From NCBI GenBank assembly GCA_965644295.1, contig CBFFRP010000217.1, positions 62,001-126,000 of the forward strand: a stretch of DNA of 64,000 bases. Direction: 5' to 3'. The notes under the pieces were generated by a model. It had not been told where the DNA came from. It ran no database searches and saw nothing but the letters and a program-made list of their open reading frames with translations. Positions 45,917-60,200 of this stretch are shown piece after piece. The first letter of the stretch is position 1. Each line of letters opens with the position of its first letter. Origin of the DNA: Paraphysomonas bandaiensis. Taxonomy: Eukaryota; Protista; Chrysophyceae. A program made the position numbers and the translations under genes.

Positions 45917-48142
45917 CTACATATGCTGATGACCTACAGAAGGGGCTCTGTACTCAGATATCTGTAAACGATTCGATTTAGAGTTTAGCATATTCACATC
46001 AAAATCAGAAATGGAGTCTTTCTTCTGCGAAAAATCCAGGTTCCCAAGGTTAGCCAGTTGCAAACAAGCCAAGAACATTCGTCCCACTTCATAGCTAGAT
46101 TCACCTTGCACCACATCTGAAAAATGGACTGTGTTAACAGATTCATTTTCGGTATTGCCCGCGTTAGGTGTGCCTTTAGAACTTTTTTGTGCAACCCGCT
46201 GAAGAGCGCGGTCGGAGTACGCATGAATGTCAAACTCGGGGCGCATATCCTGCTCGTGGAGAAGCGGCTCCAACCGTGCAGTCCATTCACTGACACGTCG
46301 AGAAAGATTGGTCTCACGGGCATATGTCTCTGCTCCACGCATAAAATTTTTTATGTGCTGCCGACAAAGATTTTCAAATTGGTTTCTATATGCGAGAGTA
46401 CCCTGGCTGAGCATCCCACTGGCACTCGTATCAGTCATCGATAAGCCAGCATCAGACAGAGCGTTCTCAACGCGAACTGTCAGGTCGTCTGGTGGGATAT
46501 CGGCACCGACATCCCCATCATCGAAGTCACCGTAATCACTCACCCCATCATTGAAATATCCTCCGCCGTACCCATTTCCCTCATCAAAGTCATTTCCTAT
46601 AGGCTCATTTGAATCTTCCCCCCATCCCTCATTTTCATCTAATCCATTTTGCATAACCGGGTCGTTCTGGACAAATTCATCTGTGGGTGTATAGTAGTAC
46701 CCTGACTTCTTGCGAGACTTATATACGGAGGAAAATGCATTTCCGATGGCAATAAACTGTTTAGATTTCTCAGGATATAACCAGTCTAACAATTCCTTAT
46801 GGGTTACGTCTGGTTGTGAGATTGTTTTTGTGCCTTTAGCAGCCAATAGAGTTGACTGCTTACGACTAAGGAGTGTACCCTTGCGTACACGATACGTACG
46901 CTTATCTCGTTTTACTGGTTTACTTTGTTCTGCCATTACTGGGTCGTAGGGATCCAACAATGCCAGGGGGTTAAAAGATACCGCTTTTGCCATATGGTTA
47001 CTACTTTTTCCATTCACAGGAGGAGCAGCTTCCTCAGCCTGCGGTTCTAGAATTCCTCCTTCAGCTTGATCCATGGGGTCGTCGTAATCTTCAACTAACC
47101 CGCCATTATCCGACCAACCATCGTTGTCATCCATTGGGCCATAGTCTGTCTCTACGGTGTTCGAAACAGAATCGTTCTGTAACACGGGCGTTGATTGTCC
47201 AACAGATCGGCGGGAAGACGACACAGATGAAGATGATGTCAGGTTTGCAAAGACAAGGGCTCCTTCTGAGTTCATATGACATGAAGACATCTTTAGGCTC
47301 GTCGCGCCTTGGGAGTCTTGCAAAAGAGAGTTCATCAGCAGTGCCGAAGAACGAGAGTTACGAGATACATCACTAGAAATGGAATACCTCCCGCCCTGTA
47401 ATTTAAGTGACTAAAGTTATTGCAGCAAATTACTATACATCAATCGTTTATACCCATGATCAAGCAGCTCATAACAAAAACGTTGCAAATTTACATTAAA
47501 AACTTACATTTGATCTTCGTCGATTTTGTTCAACTTCAAGCTTGTCAATGATATCGATATTATTAGCTGTTGGGACTACATCATCTAAGAGCAGGTAGGA
47601 TGGATCATCGGACCAGCAATAACTCTCCTCTTCTTGATTCGCTCCTCCACCTTGGCTTGTTTTACCCTACACAAATAGTCATTACACCGGACAGATATTC
47701 AATACATCTGTGAGGACTGATAGGGTGAGCATATGCATTACTTTATTGTCCCCTCGGTTATTGGATATCAGCTCCAGCGCTTGAAACACCAGACTATACA
47801 GATGTTCTACTTTTTTGCTATACACCGCTGTCGACCCCTGTCACAATACAGTATTATGATACGACCACTACATGTAATCAATACAAACACGTACACTGTA
47901 CACACATGCAACACACTCGTCTACATAATCCACACACTAACTACACCTCGCTGTCACTGTACCTGTATCAGCAACGCAGCCTCCGCGAAATTTAAGTTCC
48001 CCTGTCCCTCAACAGACAGTCTAATCTCCTCGAGATCATCCAGATAGTCCTCTAGAGTATGAGCGATATCCACGTCCCAGTTCTCAGCGAGGTCTCGTAT
48101 GGGCTTAATGAGAGAGGCGAACCGCGTGTCTTGTTCGTTCAT
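45917..48142 (-). CDS. NCAPH2: Condensin II complex kleisin subunit H2 (multi-exon)
   Basis: N-terminal [28 protein letters not shown]...[10 protein letters not shown]|[14 protein letters not shown]; C-terminal winged-helix motifs FDIHAYSD and [18 protein letters not shown]. Confidence 0.93.
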
Positions 48143-48780
48143 CGTGTGGGGGTAGAAGGGTTTGGCTCAGCAGGGTTGTTTATATACTGACGATGTTAAT
48201 AACAGTGTGCGTATATGTGTGTGTTGTTATGTGTGGGAGGGACTGTGAGCTCATAGCAACTCAATTAAATTCACGTACTCGACTTCATTCCTCAGCAAAC
48301 ACACGCAGATCTCATGCAGGAAATATTCGTTTGAACAAATTTCAAAAATCACAGTAGGAACTACAGCAGTGTATATGTACACGACGTAGTAGATATACTG
48401 CTATCAAAGCACTGTTTTTGTTGTGAACTCCACTGAAACTACGGATTTTAGAGTATGAAAATATGGGGTTTCATAGCAGTAACGGATCTGTATAGTATGG
48501 GTCTGTACGTCTATAAGGAAGAGAGTACTGCAGCAGTTGGTATAGAGGTATACGAATATACAGAGTGGATGTAGGAGTTGGGTATGTATGTACAGTATGT
48601 ATGTGTATTGGCCTGTCCACTGCGGAGGATGTAACAGTAATATGCAGAAGCACACCCAATAGTCAACTAGCTATATCTAAAAGACCCGTACAGTAGCTTC
48701 GCGGATACCCCTCTGTCTTCTCCATGTGTGTCGTGATATCAGCTCATATATAATAACCTGTTTGATAGTGTGCGGCTCAC

Positions 48781-51700
48781 ATGGCTAAAGCACATACGAT
48801 TGAGAAAATCACCGCTCGTATTGCGGAATTAACCAAATTTGCGGATGATAAAGCAAGTGATTCATCTCAGAACTTGAGGACGATATCTGATGTACGGCTT
48901 TATCGACTGTATTGTGGAATAGTGTCGTCATTATTGATTTTTAGGCTTATCAAGAAATCGCAGCGTATCATTTCTCTTACGGAAATTATAAGGCTGCAGC
49001 ATATTATTACGAACAAGGGTTCAAATTTCGACGCGACTACCACACGGATCAAGAAAATGCAAGATTATGCATAATGGTAAGTATTGATTAGATGTGTTCT
49101 ATTGACAAGTGATTATTCGTGAAGGCGGGTTTGTCCCATTACCGAACCGGTGGTATTATACAAGCGGAGAGATTCTTTGGATATGCGGTTACAGCTGCCA
49201 AGCAAGCCAACGCGTCTTACTACATATGTATATCTATGAGCAATATGGCATTAGTCCATCTGCTTCAAGGTCGACCCAGTAAATCAATCGAAATGGCATC
49301 TGAGTCGGTGCAATTGGCTCGTACTATCTTTCCGTCTGCATCACAAGAGGTACGTACACTATTTACCTTTATGTTCTCGACATGTATTACTGATACTGTA
49401 TATATTTTCTACTTCTACTGACGAATGTGAGCAGTATTTAGAGTTTGTGCGAATGCTTCTGCGAATATATGTGCAAGTGGGAAAATTTGATAAAGCTGAT
49501 ACTCTGGTAGAAGAAACTAATTTCAGCTTACAAGGTAGCACCGCAGTTTTTTTTGCTATTTCTGGAGTTGTTTCGCTTTCAGCGGAGGTGATTTGATATT
49601 CTGTCTGTACCGTAGAGTCGTGCGTTCTTCGAGCTGGCATTGCAAGCATCACAGGAAATGACGAAAAGGCCCTAGAGTACCTCTTAACAGCACATAGGCT
49701 GCGAGACATGGATGAAACATTGGAGACTGATGTTTTAGATGGAAGCGTACAGAGTGGTGTGTCGAATGTGGATACGAAATCTGTTGGGGATTCGGTTGCA
49801 TCTCGTCGAATTGCTGCTGAACAGGTAGTGGTAATGTTTCATGTGTATTTGTGGGCAAGCGTATATGTATATACATAGTCAGTTTAGTGGTGTAGTGGTG
49901 TAGTGGTGTTAACCCTGGAGAATTTTGAGTTGAATTCATACCATACCTATACACAGCTAGATGATGCATCAGTCAACTCCGCAGCAACTGGAACTTCGGC
50001 GATGAAGGAGTTTGGTCCGGAGGAGTTGATGGCATGGGATAATGGAAAAAAGAAGGAGTACCAATATCGCCGACATATGCTGGAATGCCTGGTATGCTTT
50101 GTATAGTTTTGTGCATGAACTGCATATTCTGTATTTTATTTTTCTATGAGCAGTCTACAAGTACTGACTGTTTTGTGCCAGATTGACTATAATTTGTCTG
50201 TTATTTATGCCAAGTTGGGAAACTTTGAGTGCGAGAGGTATCATATCGAGACTGCCGTAGATATCATGTTCCGTATGATGCTTAAAGTTGAGAAGGGTAC
50301 GTCTATTTCTCATGTAGTTGACGTTGTACTGCTATAGTCTATATGTATGAATACGTATGACATCGCTGTTTTGGAGCTGCGCACATCTTACTCTTTTGTT
50401 TATATAGAAAGCTCTCAAATTGCGATACTTCAGAGAAGCGAAGGCGAGAACTCGCGTACAGTGTTTCCCCCATTAGACACCACGATGGCCCCCCACGTTG
50501 TCCATTCACATTGCAATGTAGCGAAACTAATGGAGCGCCTGACCCACGTTCCAGTTCTCACGTCTCTCAAAATTCAAGCAGGAAAGGGATGTAGTGATGA
50601 TTCAGAAGAAAATGCAGCCGTCTTGTCCATTGTAGCGGATCTCAGTGCTGTATTGTTACCCTGGGAGAATGATCCTCAAATGTCTAATATGGTGAAGCTT
50701 CATGAGATGCAAAAAACATCTTCTTTCGTGAATCCGCATAAGACAAACCTAGCACCTACCACTGTACCCGCTCCTACGTTTGATGACGGTCTGGCAGAAG
50801 CATTAGCTGTAGAAGAAGAGCAACAAATGATAGGAGATACTGACAATGTAGACATGCAAATTGCGCGTAAAACTCTGAATGGAGTAACTCAAATTAGTGA
50901 TATTGTAAAGTTAGGTCGTCCATCCTTAGAAGGAAGTTCACAGGGTGGACTTAATAGAAGCCCATCAATATCTATCGCTGCTTCACCTAGTATGTCCCCT
51001 CGACAAAGTACTGGTGATGGTAAAAAAAAGAAAGGGAAAAAAGACGGAAAAGATACAAAAAAAGACAAACCACAGGAGAAGAAGAAGAAGTCAAAAGCTG
51101 CAGTGAAAGTGAAATCTGTGTCAGATATTCCCACTCACGGAAGTATTAAGGCTGAAATGATGCCCCAATGTCACCCATCTCGTGTGGAAGGTGCGACTGA
51201 GGTTGATAAACTAATTCAATGGGCGATAACAATTTGCCATGGACCGGGATATGGTTTTCTATTGACTAATGGATCGGATATGGAGAACCTTCAGGACGAG
51301 GAGGACGGTAGTGCGAAACTTAACGAGTATCGAGATATCCTGCTTGATGTAAAAAGACAACTGTTGGAAGCAGAGGCGTCGCTTTCGCCTATTGCGGAAG
51401 AGATCTCTGAGAATGCACTGGATCGGAATATGTCAGGAACTCGGCTGTCTTTATACTCCACTATTTCTAACATATGCCTCCAACTCAATCACCGTAAGGA
51501 GGCAGGGGTATATGTGCAGAAGTTTTCTGATGTTGCGAATGCATTGAACTACCCACACTACCAAGCTATTGCGTGCCGAATGCAGCTTGATTTCGAAGAG
51601 TGGATGTCTGCCCCGAATATAAGTCAAATGGTCTCGGCTCAGAAACTCAAGCGATTACAAGATGTATTGGCAATTGCGAAAGAGTACCATCGGTATGCTG

Positions 51701-52005
51701 AGAAGTGTAGTTCGGTAGACGCCGAACTCTACTACGACTCATGGAAGAGGCTGATAAACGTTTACACTGAGATTAGTGCCATTCCGGATAGCCCCGGGGC
51801 ACCTAAACAGCCTGACACAGAGACATTGACGGAGAGTTTAGCTTTATTAACACCGGAGCAGATAGAGGAAAACGAGAAAAATGATGTAAATTGGTTGAAA
51901 ACGTACAGCAGAATCAGGGCTAAGGCACATGCGTCGAAAATGACGAGTGCAATAAAGGCAACTGTTAATTTTTCCATGAAGACATTGGAGAGCTTTGGTG
52001 GATAG
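48781..52005 (+). CDS. Hypothetical TPR-like helical repeat protein (multi-exon)
   Basis: Exon-like ORFs separated by short GT-AG introns; TPR-like helices (SMSNMALVHLLQG, YNLSVIYAKLGNF, LYSTISNICLQLN) and a Lys-rich patch. Exon and 3' limits are approximate. Confidence 0.6.
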
Positions 52006-52624
52006 AGATATGGTTCGATTTGCACTATCTCAATCAATAGTGTTCATACTTTTTAACCAGGTGACTAATGCAAATTCGCAACATTTGATATGAATCTGTG
52101 CTATCATGTATATTTATCATTTTTTAGCCCTTTACAATTAGGACACTGTTCGTTCTTGACACATAACTTTGGGTAGTTATAAAATTAATTACTAGTTATA
52201 AAAATAGTCATTTATAGCTGGAACATTGGTAGTGTTCAAAACCGATTTTCGTAATACCAGACACCTCTCTTCAGAGTTTCTGAACTAAAATATTGGATAG
52301 TGGATAGATAGAAGATAGAAGAGATTGACGCTTGCTGTTACATGCAAAAAAGAAAATACGACAGTATTCGATTTACTTGGTGGGGTTGATTGAGTTAATG
52401 CAAAATATGAAGAACTAATAAATCCTATGGAGTTGTCGCAGTCGACATACTCACACAGAGACTTATATTTTGTGGGTGTGGTCTACATAGAATACATAAT
52501 CTCCTTTCTCTAGCAACAAAAAAATTATTCCGCAGGCAATCAGAGAGCAAGTCTCATCAAACAGTTCAAAAGTTTTATTTAACAACAAAGTTCAAATCCT
52601 TGCGTATCTAATATACAAATCCAG

Positions 52625-53753
52625 CTACGCAATATTTGATGGCGTGGGATTTACACTTGAAAATCTACCTCTAACCAATTTAGCAATAAAATTATTGATA
52701 TCCCAAAGAATATCGTCCTTTTCTGACTGTGTCAATGAATGTTGAGTGTGTCGTGCATTCGATACTGTATCGTATATTTGGTACGGCGGTGGGCCGTGTT
52801 CGGGTCCAATGATACTAACAGTGTCACCTCTATCCATCTGAACACGCCATATATATTCCCACCAACTCAAGTGCGCGTCTGCTTCTATCGTCCACTCTTT
52901 GGCTCTCGGGTCATAAACCTAGATTTCACAATACATCACAGCATAAGACACTACAAAACACTATGCCTCACATGTTCAATCTTTACATACCTGTGGCCCC
53001 TCTGCATGCCCAACCCTCGCGTGTATAAGGTGACAGTGCTTTGCCGTAAGATCTAGAACTGCAGGCCACCACGAATCCCTATGGCAATTTAAGCACTCGT
53101 AAAAAACAATATGTGCAGAGATGTACCTGGCTGTCCCTGCTTCAAACACATGCTCGCACACCGCCACCCAATGTGACAGGTCAGCATTTATTTTGAGCTC
53201 TCGGAGTTCGTCGTGCTGAAGCAAAGACCTTGCTTGATAGGGACTATACAACAGTCGCTGCCGGTGTGTCTCATGTACCACAACAGTGTCAGCGTAACTG
53301 TCAACAAGGAGTTCACGCTCAGCTGACAGTGCAGCTTTGAAGTACAAAACAGCAGTATCATCGTCCCAGGAGTCATGACCGGAATGACAATTCACAATAT
53401 TTGCACCCATTTCCAGGGCACTTTGAAGAAGTTCTCGGAATGATGATATGTGGTCCTGGAGTATGCACGAGGAGCAGTATACATAATCGCCGTGCTCAAT
53501 GTACCCTCCTGTAGTGTGGATCTGAACGATCAGCTTAAACTCTAACAGATATAAGTACACATGTGTTAGAGATATAGTGCGTACCGTATTTATCGACAAG
53601 CTCTCTGAATAGCTCTGGATTGGGTTGATAGACGAGAGGAATGGTCTCGATAGCAGAGTAGCCGTCGGCTTTTATCTTCTGAAATATAGCATCCCACTCA
53701 CTACTGTTGGAAAGGTCTACACCCCATAGACTTTTGGATACGATCAGTTTCAT
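52625..53753 (-). CDS. Sugar-phosphate isomerase/epimerase, xylose-isomerase-like TIM barrel (multi-exon)
   Basis: MKLIVSKSLWG, VNCHSGHD, HETHRQRLLYSP, ADLSHWVAVCE, HARVGHAEGPQ|VYDPR and PEHGPPPY motifs. Confidence 0.85.
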
Positions 53754-54168
53754 ATGTTGCGGTGGACGGGGAGTGTATGTGATATCTTGAGTGCAAGATA
53801 AGCAAGATGAGGTGAGGTGATGGTCCACCACAGCAGCACCAGTCCACACTCATACACTCATACACTCATATACTCATGCATACTCACTCCACTACTCCAC
53901 TGCGTCCTATGTACTGCTGCTCGTGCCTATCTCAGTATTTTACAGATACAGCAGTATACATCTGTACTCTAAAACGGTCTACATATCAGTGCACATTTTT
54001 TCCTCATGACCATAGAGCGATAATATTTTCAGTTTAGTCCCTAGAAGATCTCTCTATCTCTTCCATGGCGCAAATTAGCACTGGATGAAACTAAACTAAC
54101 ACTCCACTGCCTTGAAAATAGGATCGAGGTAATTATAAAGAAGAGGTTGAGATAAGAACAGTAGAAAC

Positions 54169-55079
54169 ATGTCACTTCCAGCAGTGTTGAGGTGCAAGTA
54201 AGTGCAAGCATTGTGATGCTTATTTTTCATTGTTGAGTGTGTTTGATACTTTGTTTCAGAGAAGAGGATGTGCAGAAAATGCTTTCTGCCGAGGTTCATA
54301 TTGGAACCACCAACTCCGACTTTAAGATGAAGGACTACATCTGGAAGAGACGTTCCGATGGACTTCATATTATGAATCTGGGAAAGACTTGGGAAAAGCT
54401 TGTCCTTGCCGCCAGAATTATCACCGCCATCGAGAATCCTCAGGATGTTGTGTGTATTTCTGCTCGCCCCTACGGACAGAGAGCTGTCCTCAAGTTTTCT
54501 CAGTACACTGGTGCTCAGTGCATTGCTGGCAGATTTACCCCTGGAACTTTCACTAATCAGATCACAAAGCAGTTCAAGGAACCCCGTCTGCTTATCGTCA
54601 CTGATCCCCGCGTAGATTCCCAGGCTATTAAGGAGGCATCTTATGTCAACATCCCTGTCATCTCTTTCTGCGACTCTGACTCTCCCTTGGAGTATGTTGA
54701 CTGTGCCATTCCCGGCAACAACAAGGGTAAGCTCTCTATTGGTCTTCTGTACTGGCTCCTTGCCCGTGAGGTGCTCCGCCTGCGTGGCACCATCGACAGA
54801 GAGACTGCTTGGGACGTTCCTGTGGATCTCTTCTTCTACCGTGATCCCGATGAGCTCGAGAAGACCGAGGAGGCCCAGGCCGCTTATGAGGACACTGCTG
54901 TTGCTGCTACTACCTTCAGCGCGGCCAACCCCGTTTCCGAGACTGCTGATTTCGCTCAGGCCCAGAACTGGGATGGTGCCGCTGCTCCTGCTGTAGAGGG
55001 TGGATGGGATTCTGCTGCCCCTGCCCCTGAGGCTGCAGGGTGGGAGACAAGTGCCCCCGCTGCTGCTGGATGGAACTAA
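54169..55079 (+). CDS. RPSA: 40S ribosomal protein SA (uS2)
   Basis: Exon 1 54169-54197, intron 54198-54259; [47 protein letters not shown] and a TxDW-like tail; strong codon bias. Confidence 0.98.
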
Positions 55080-57243
55080 GCTAGATACCTTGCGAATATC
55101 TTATGTGAAAATACTACTCCATCTTGCTTCTAACTAACATCTCAACTCTTCGCTTAAAACATGTAGCAAATGCAATGCAGTGTATGACACGCTTTATTTG
55201 TAGTATAGTGTTTTGGTATTTGATAGCCATCCCTACGCATCACCTTGCCGGGAAAGTTCTTTCTCCCGGCGCGCATATTCATACATTATCCACTGCCAAG
55301 TAGAAGAGACACGGCCGAGACTACTGAACACATACAGTGCGTGCTTCCGGTCGAGAAATATATTGTTCTTTGTGCATATGTAATACAAATAGCTACACAT
55401 AGAGTGCTTCTGGTTGCGAATTATATTGCCGCTTGTGTATTGTGCGCTGTGCACATATAATACCTATAGCGTATAGGCGTATAGCTACACCAAGTTGTAG
55501 GTTGTAGAAAATAGAAAATTGTTCGTTATGACGTCATCACTATGCGATTTTCAGTCACGTTAGTTACCTTGTCTTCACTCTTGACTCCGCGAATGACGTT
55601 GGTATACTACTAAGTCTTAGCTACATCAAGTATAACTCAATTGAGTCTATGAATTTATAACCAGAGTGAATAGCTGGCTGATATATCTATATATCTTAGT
55701 GTGTGGAAATATTGTTCAGGTGTTCAGGTTAGCGACTATGGCAGTAATTGCGTTAGATTGATCAGCGAGACGGACTGCCTGAATAATAGAATCACAGAAA
55801 CGAGTACTTATGCATGTCTACAGTGCAGAAGTATAACACAAGACCGCGAAAAGAAACAGATATATCTCTCCGCTCCTCTATTTCTATTCCTCAACCATCA
55901 CCAAAAAGTCTAGAGATCGGCTGTTTCAATCAATTTATGACGACAGAAGGTTTCCGGAAGATCATAATTAAGATAAGATAATGTATTCTATGTGCTGGAA
56001 CTCATTCTTTATCCGTGGATGACAAGTTGGCTGTTCAGATGGTTTTCCCGAAGGGAGACGTGAGCGTGTATTAGAAATAACCAATGATTTTTCTCTCCAT
56101 TTAAGACATCTATTCCACAACAACAAGTAGCTGGTGTTTGTGAAGGTGATGGAAAATTGACAATGAACACCACAACACAGACGTTTGAAGAGCACAATAT
56201 TAATATTACACAGTATTACTATAGATCACGGTTGGTTCTTTATGAATCAGCTGAATATAATCACACACAAAACAGAATAGTTAAAGAGATGTCTAGTTAC
56301 ACTCTCCCTGTACAGTTCGTATACTGGTAAAAGGGCAGCATTTCTACAAGATTTTTACAAACAGATATAACAAAGTTTACAAGAAACGTCCCACCATTGT
56401 TGTTAGTTTGGTATTTTTTTTGCTACTGAGATAATTATTTGTTTTAGAGAATCTTAAACAATAATATCATGTTAAGCCGACGACTTCCTCATTCAAGACA
56501 ACATCAGAACTAGAAACAACTTTCACTCCTTTAATCAATCGCAAAATTGTTTAGAGTCAACGGAGAGGGTGTCAAGAGGACTGAAAGGGACTTCAGTATC
56601 ACAGCAATAACAACTACACCACTTCCTTCTAAGATTATTTTCTGAATAGCACAGATACAGTCCACATCAGAAGAGTTTAAAATAATTTGAGTGTGTGATG
56701 AGCAATTAAAGCAGAGTTCGACTCCACATCAACACCGAGATACTATACAACGTACAACGAACGTATTATCAATACTTTATAAATAGCATCAGAGTAGTCC
56801 CAGTCGTGATATCAAGTACGCTCTTCTCAGGATAGGTAGATATGGCACATCAAGAGCACATCCATGTCTAGATGTGGAGCGATATGGCATAGCGCCGTAC
56901 AGGCTTTCCTTCCACATACGTACACGGTACAGTGCACCACTCTGCGTCATATCTATCGTACTACGTTCCGTATATTCACTGTATTTTCTAATAATATTTA
57001 TTCAAAAATTGAAATAAAGAAATCAATTGAGAGAAGGGATTACGTGGTTTTTTGATGAGGCTGAGCCCCTTCAGCCTTGAGGTGTGCTGGGATCATCACA
57101 CGCCATAAGACGAAAGTGAAAGTGTAGTAAGAATAGAAGCCCAAGGAAGTGGAAGTGTATTCACATATAGAATAGTGGAGGAGGCATCTAATCGCCCTGT
57201 CTGTAAATCACATCACAGTACAATCTAGAACTAATACACTCCT

Positions 57244-60200
57244 ATGGCCGGCCCTGCATCAGATTCCGATCTAGTCGATAGTTCGGACACAGATGCAAAG
57301 AACAAGAGCCGTGTGAGGCTCAGGAAACGGCCACAGTCACCTGTAGAGCGAAGGCGAAGCAGTCGCACCAGAAAGGTTTAATAATTATGTATAATAGTAA
57401 TACATCTGAGGTTGAGATCGTTCAGAGTGTGGTGGACTATACTCTGGGCAAGCACGAAACAGAGAAGCGGAAAGAGCGCACTGTAAGAGTGTGTATATGA
57501 GTTGAAAATATGCCAAATATGTATCTGTATAATGCATGTGTTCTATATTTTCATATGATATGCGCGGTGTTATGTATTATGCCGCTTTGAACATTATGCT
57601 TCTTGTAGAGATCTGTCTACGTGGAGGACAGTGCCGATGGGTCTGATTCTGATCAGTCCCCTGCCCTCGATAAAAAAGGCAAAAGAACTGTTAAAGCTGG
57701 AAGCAACTCTTTTGAGAAATTTGGTTTCAAAGTGACCGATAAAAAGTCCGCCGTTGCCAAGCTTAGTAGTGATTCAAGGGGAATCTCTACATCTAGGAGT
57801 CAGAATCAAGGGAACAATAGGAAGGCGAAACGCAAGTCTGACAACGTGGGAAGTGAACAAGTGGGTTTTAGAAGAAGTGCCAGAAACACGAATCGTGTGA
57901 GCTATGTAGACCCTATCTCAGATATGTCAAGCAGTGAAAGTGAAAGCTGCGAACCCAGTGATGAAGGCTCAGAAAGTGGTTCTTTCCAGCAGAAGAGAGT
58001 TTACACCCGACGATCAAAGAGCAAGGCTACGAGATGTGCCTCGAGTGAAGGAAGGGACGCAAGCAAAAGGGACGACAACCGAAGAGGTAAGGCTAACGTT
58101 CGGACTAAGTGTACTTCTGCCGCTGGTCGAAAACGGGGACATGGGACAGATACTCTTGCGAGTGTGGGCTCCCGCAGATCCTCCAGACAGTTAGACACAG
58201 AGACAGAGGGAAGAAGGATAAGTTATGCAGAGATGGGAAGCGATGACGAAGCGTTTCTGAGTTCTACTTCAGAAGAAGGTCCTCATGATAGCGACGGACG
58301 TAATTGCGAAATAAATAGTAAGCAGGAAAGAAAGATCGCAGCGCATGTGTATCGGGAAGACGACAGTGAAGAGGATGTGGATGATGTGGAGGAGCGACTG
58401 CGTCGGGAAAGACAAGAAAAAAAGCTAGGTGGAGAGAGAGCTGTGCTCACCAAGGCCCGTAGGAGAATTGACAAAGAGGTTAGCAGCAAGTGCAATGATA
58501 TTGACACGGAAGAGAGCGGAAGTGACGAAAATGAAAACGATAAGGAGCCATGCGAGTACCGCATACAGCACCTGCTAGCCTGCAAAAGCCTAACTGCCAC
58601 GGAGTGGCGAGAGGTGTGTGAGTGTATGACAACCATGGAGATTACACGGGGCTCTGTGCTAGTTCAAACGGATGACGAGTACTACTCTACCAGCCCAAAA
58701 CTGGTGGAAAAATTCCTTGTCAAATGGGCTCACGCATCTTACCTACACGTTTCCTGGGAGACAGAGGACGACTTAGTCAATTTGGTTGGACCTACGGCTA
58801 AAACACAAATAAAAAGATTTCGTTCCAACTCAGTTGGAGGCGTAGCAACTATTTTCGAGGACCTTAGACCAGGGGAATACTTTCCTCCCACTGTGATGGC
58901 AGTGGATCGAGTAATAGGTGAGGGTCAGAGTCTATGCCAAAATTGTAAATGCCCCTTGTCATGTATATTGTCTGACCGTTAGATTTTTAATATATTTTTC
59001 TACACTGCGCAGATGTCGACGACGAGATGGTTGATATCAGGAATATAGACTGGGAAAATGCTACACTACCTGCCAACCCTTTCGACGAAAGTAGTGACAT
59101 TCGTGGAGAAGAAAAAAAGGACGATATACAGACATCTCCGGAATGTGCCAAGGACCAGGAGAGTCGTCAAAGCTCTAGTAGTGATCCGATGGAAGTTATT
59201 GATATTGCGACTTCTCCAGGCAATACGTCATCACCAGCAGCGAATGGGAAGAAGAGACACCGCCCACTTCGATCGACTCGAAACGTCTCTCCTGACACGT
59301 GTTCTAGCAACAATTCGCACATATCGCGGCGACCACTGAATGAACACAATACGTCTCGTTCCTCAGAAGTACCAGTCTTCCCTTTTCTTCACAGCGATGC
59401 CTGCTATGTAACTATCAAGTGGGAGAACCTTCCCTACAGTGAGAGCACCTTTGAAAATGTGGCTGACCTCCAGCGGACGGGAGTAGACTACGAAAAACCC
59501 TTAAGAGATTTCTACAGAAGGGAGCAGCTGCCACCTGCTAAAAACTCGAGACACACTGTTCGGCGAAAACTGGACCCTGAGGTGATGAAATGTCCTCCTA
59601 AGTTCAGAGTAGGCGAGCTACGTGACTACCAATGGGACGGTGTGAGGTGGCTTATGTTCAACTGGAGTCAGCGGAGGAACTCCATCTTGGCAGACGAGAT
59701 GGGCCTAGGTGAGGCGCTATTTGTAGTGCAACTGCTATAGTGTGACATCATTGCAGGCAAGACGATACAGACAGCTGCGTTTTTGCAGATGCTGTCCGCT
59801 AATCAGGGCCTGCGCGGTCCTTTTCTGGTGGTTGCACCCCTGTCTACCCTCGTGAACTGGCAGCGCGAAGTTTCTGCGTGGACGGACTTGGATGCTATCA
59901 TATATCATGGGTCTCAGGAGGATAGAGAAATTGCAAGGGAGTTCGATATGTTTTATATGACCCGCAAGCACTCAGAGGGATACAAGATGCAAGTAGTTAT
60001 TACGTCACCTGAAACGTGCCTGGCCGCAGATAACCCGAAGACTGCTAACGGACGGTACACCCGAGCCCTCTCGAAGGTGAGATGGGATATGCTGGTGGTT
60101 GATGAGGTAAGTTCTTGTGTACAATTTTTTATATGACATGTCGCACATTCATTCAGGCGCATAAACTGAAGAATTTTTCGTCGAAGTTGTCAACCACCTT

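Noticed and set aside
55960-56760. Minus-strand fragments such as PSGKPSEQPTCHP suggesting a decayed mucin-like pseudogene
   Set aside because: Too fragmentary to distinguish from chance.
57050-57120. TGATGAG-hairpin...GAAA as a possible hammerhead ribozyme or C/D snoRNA
   Set aside because: Lacks the CUGANGA core C and correct stem II/GAAA adjacency, and there is no convincing terminal D box or stem.
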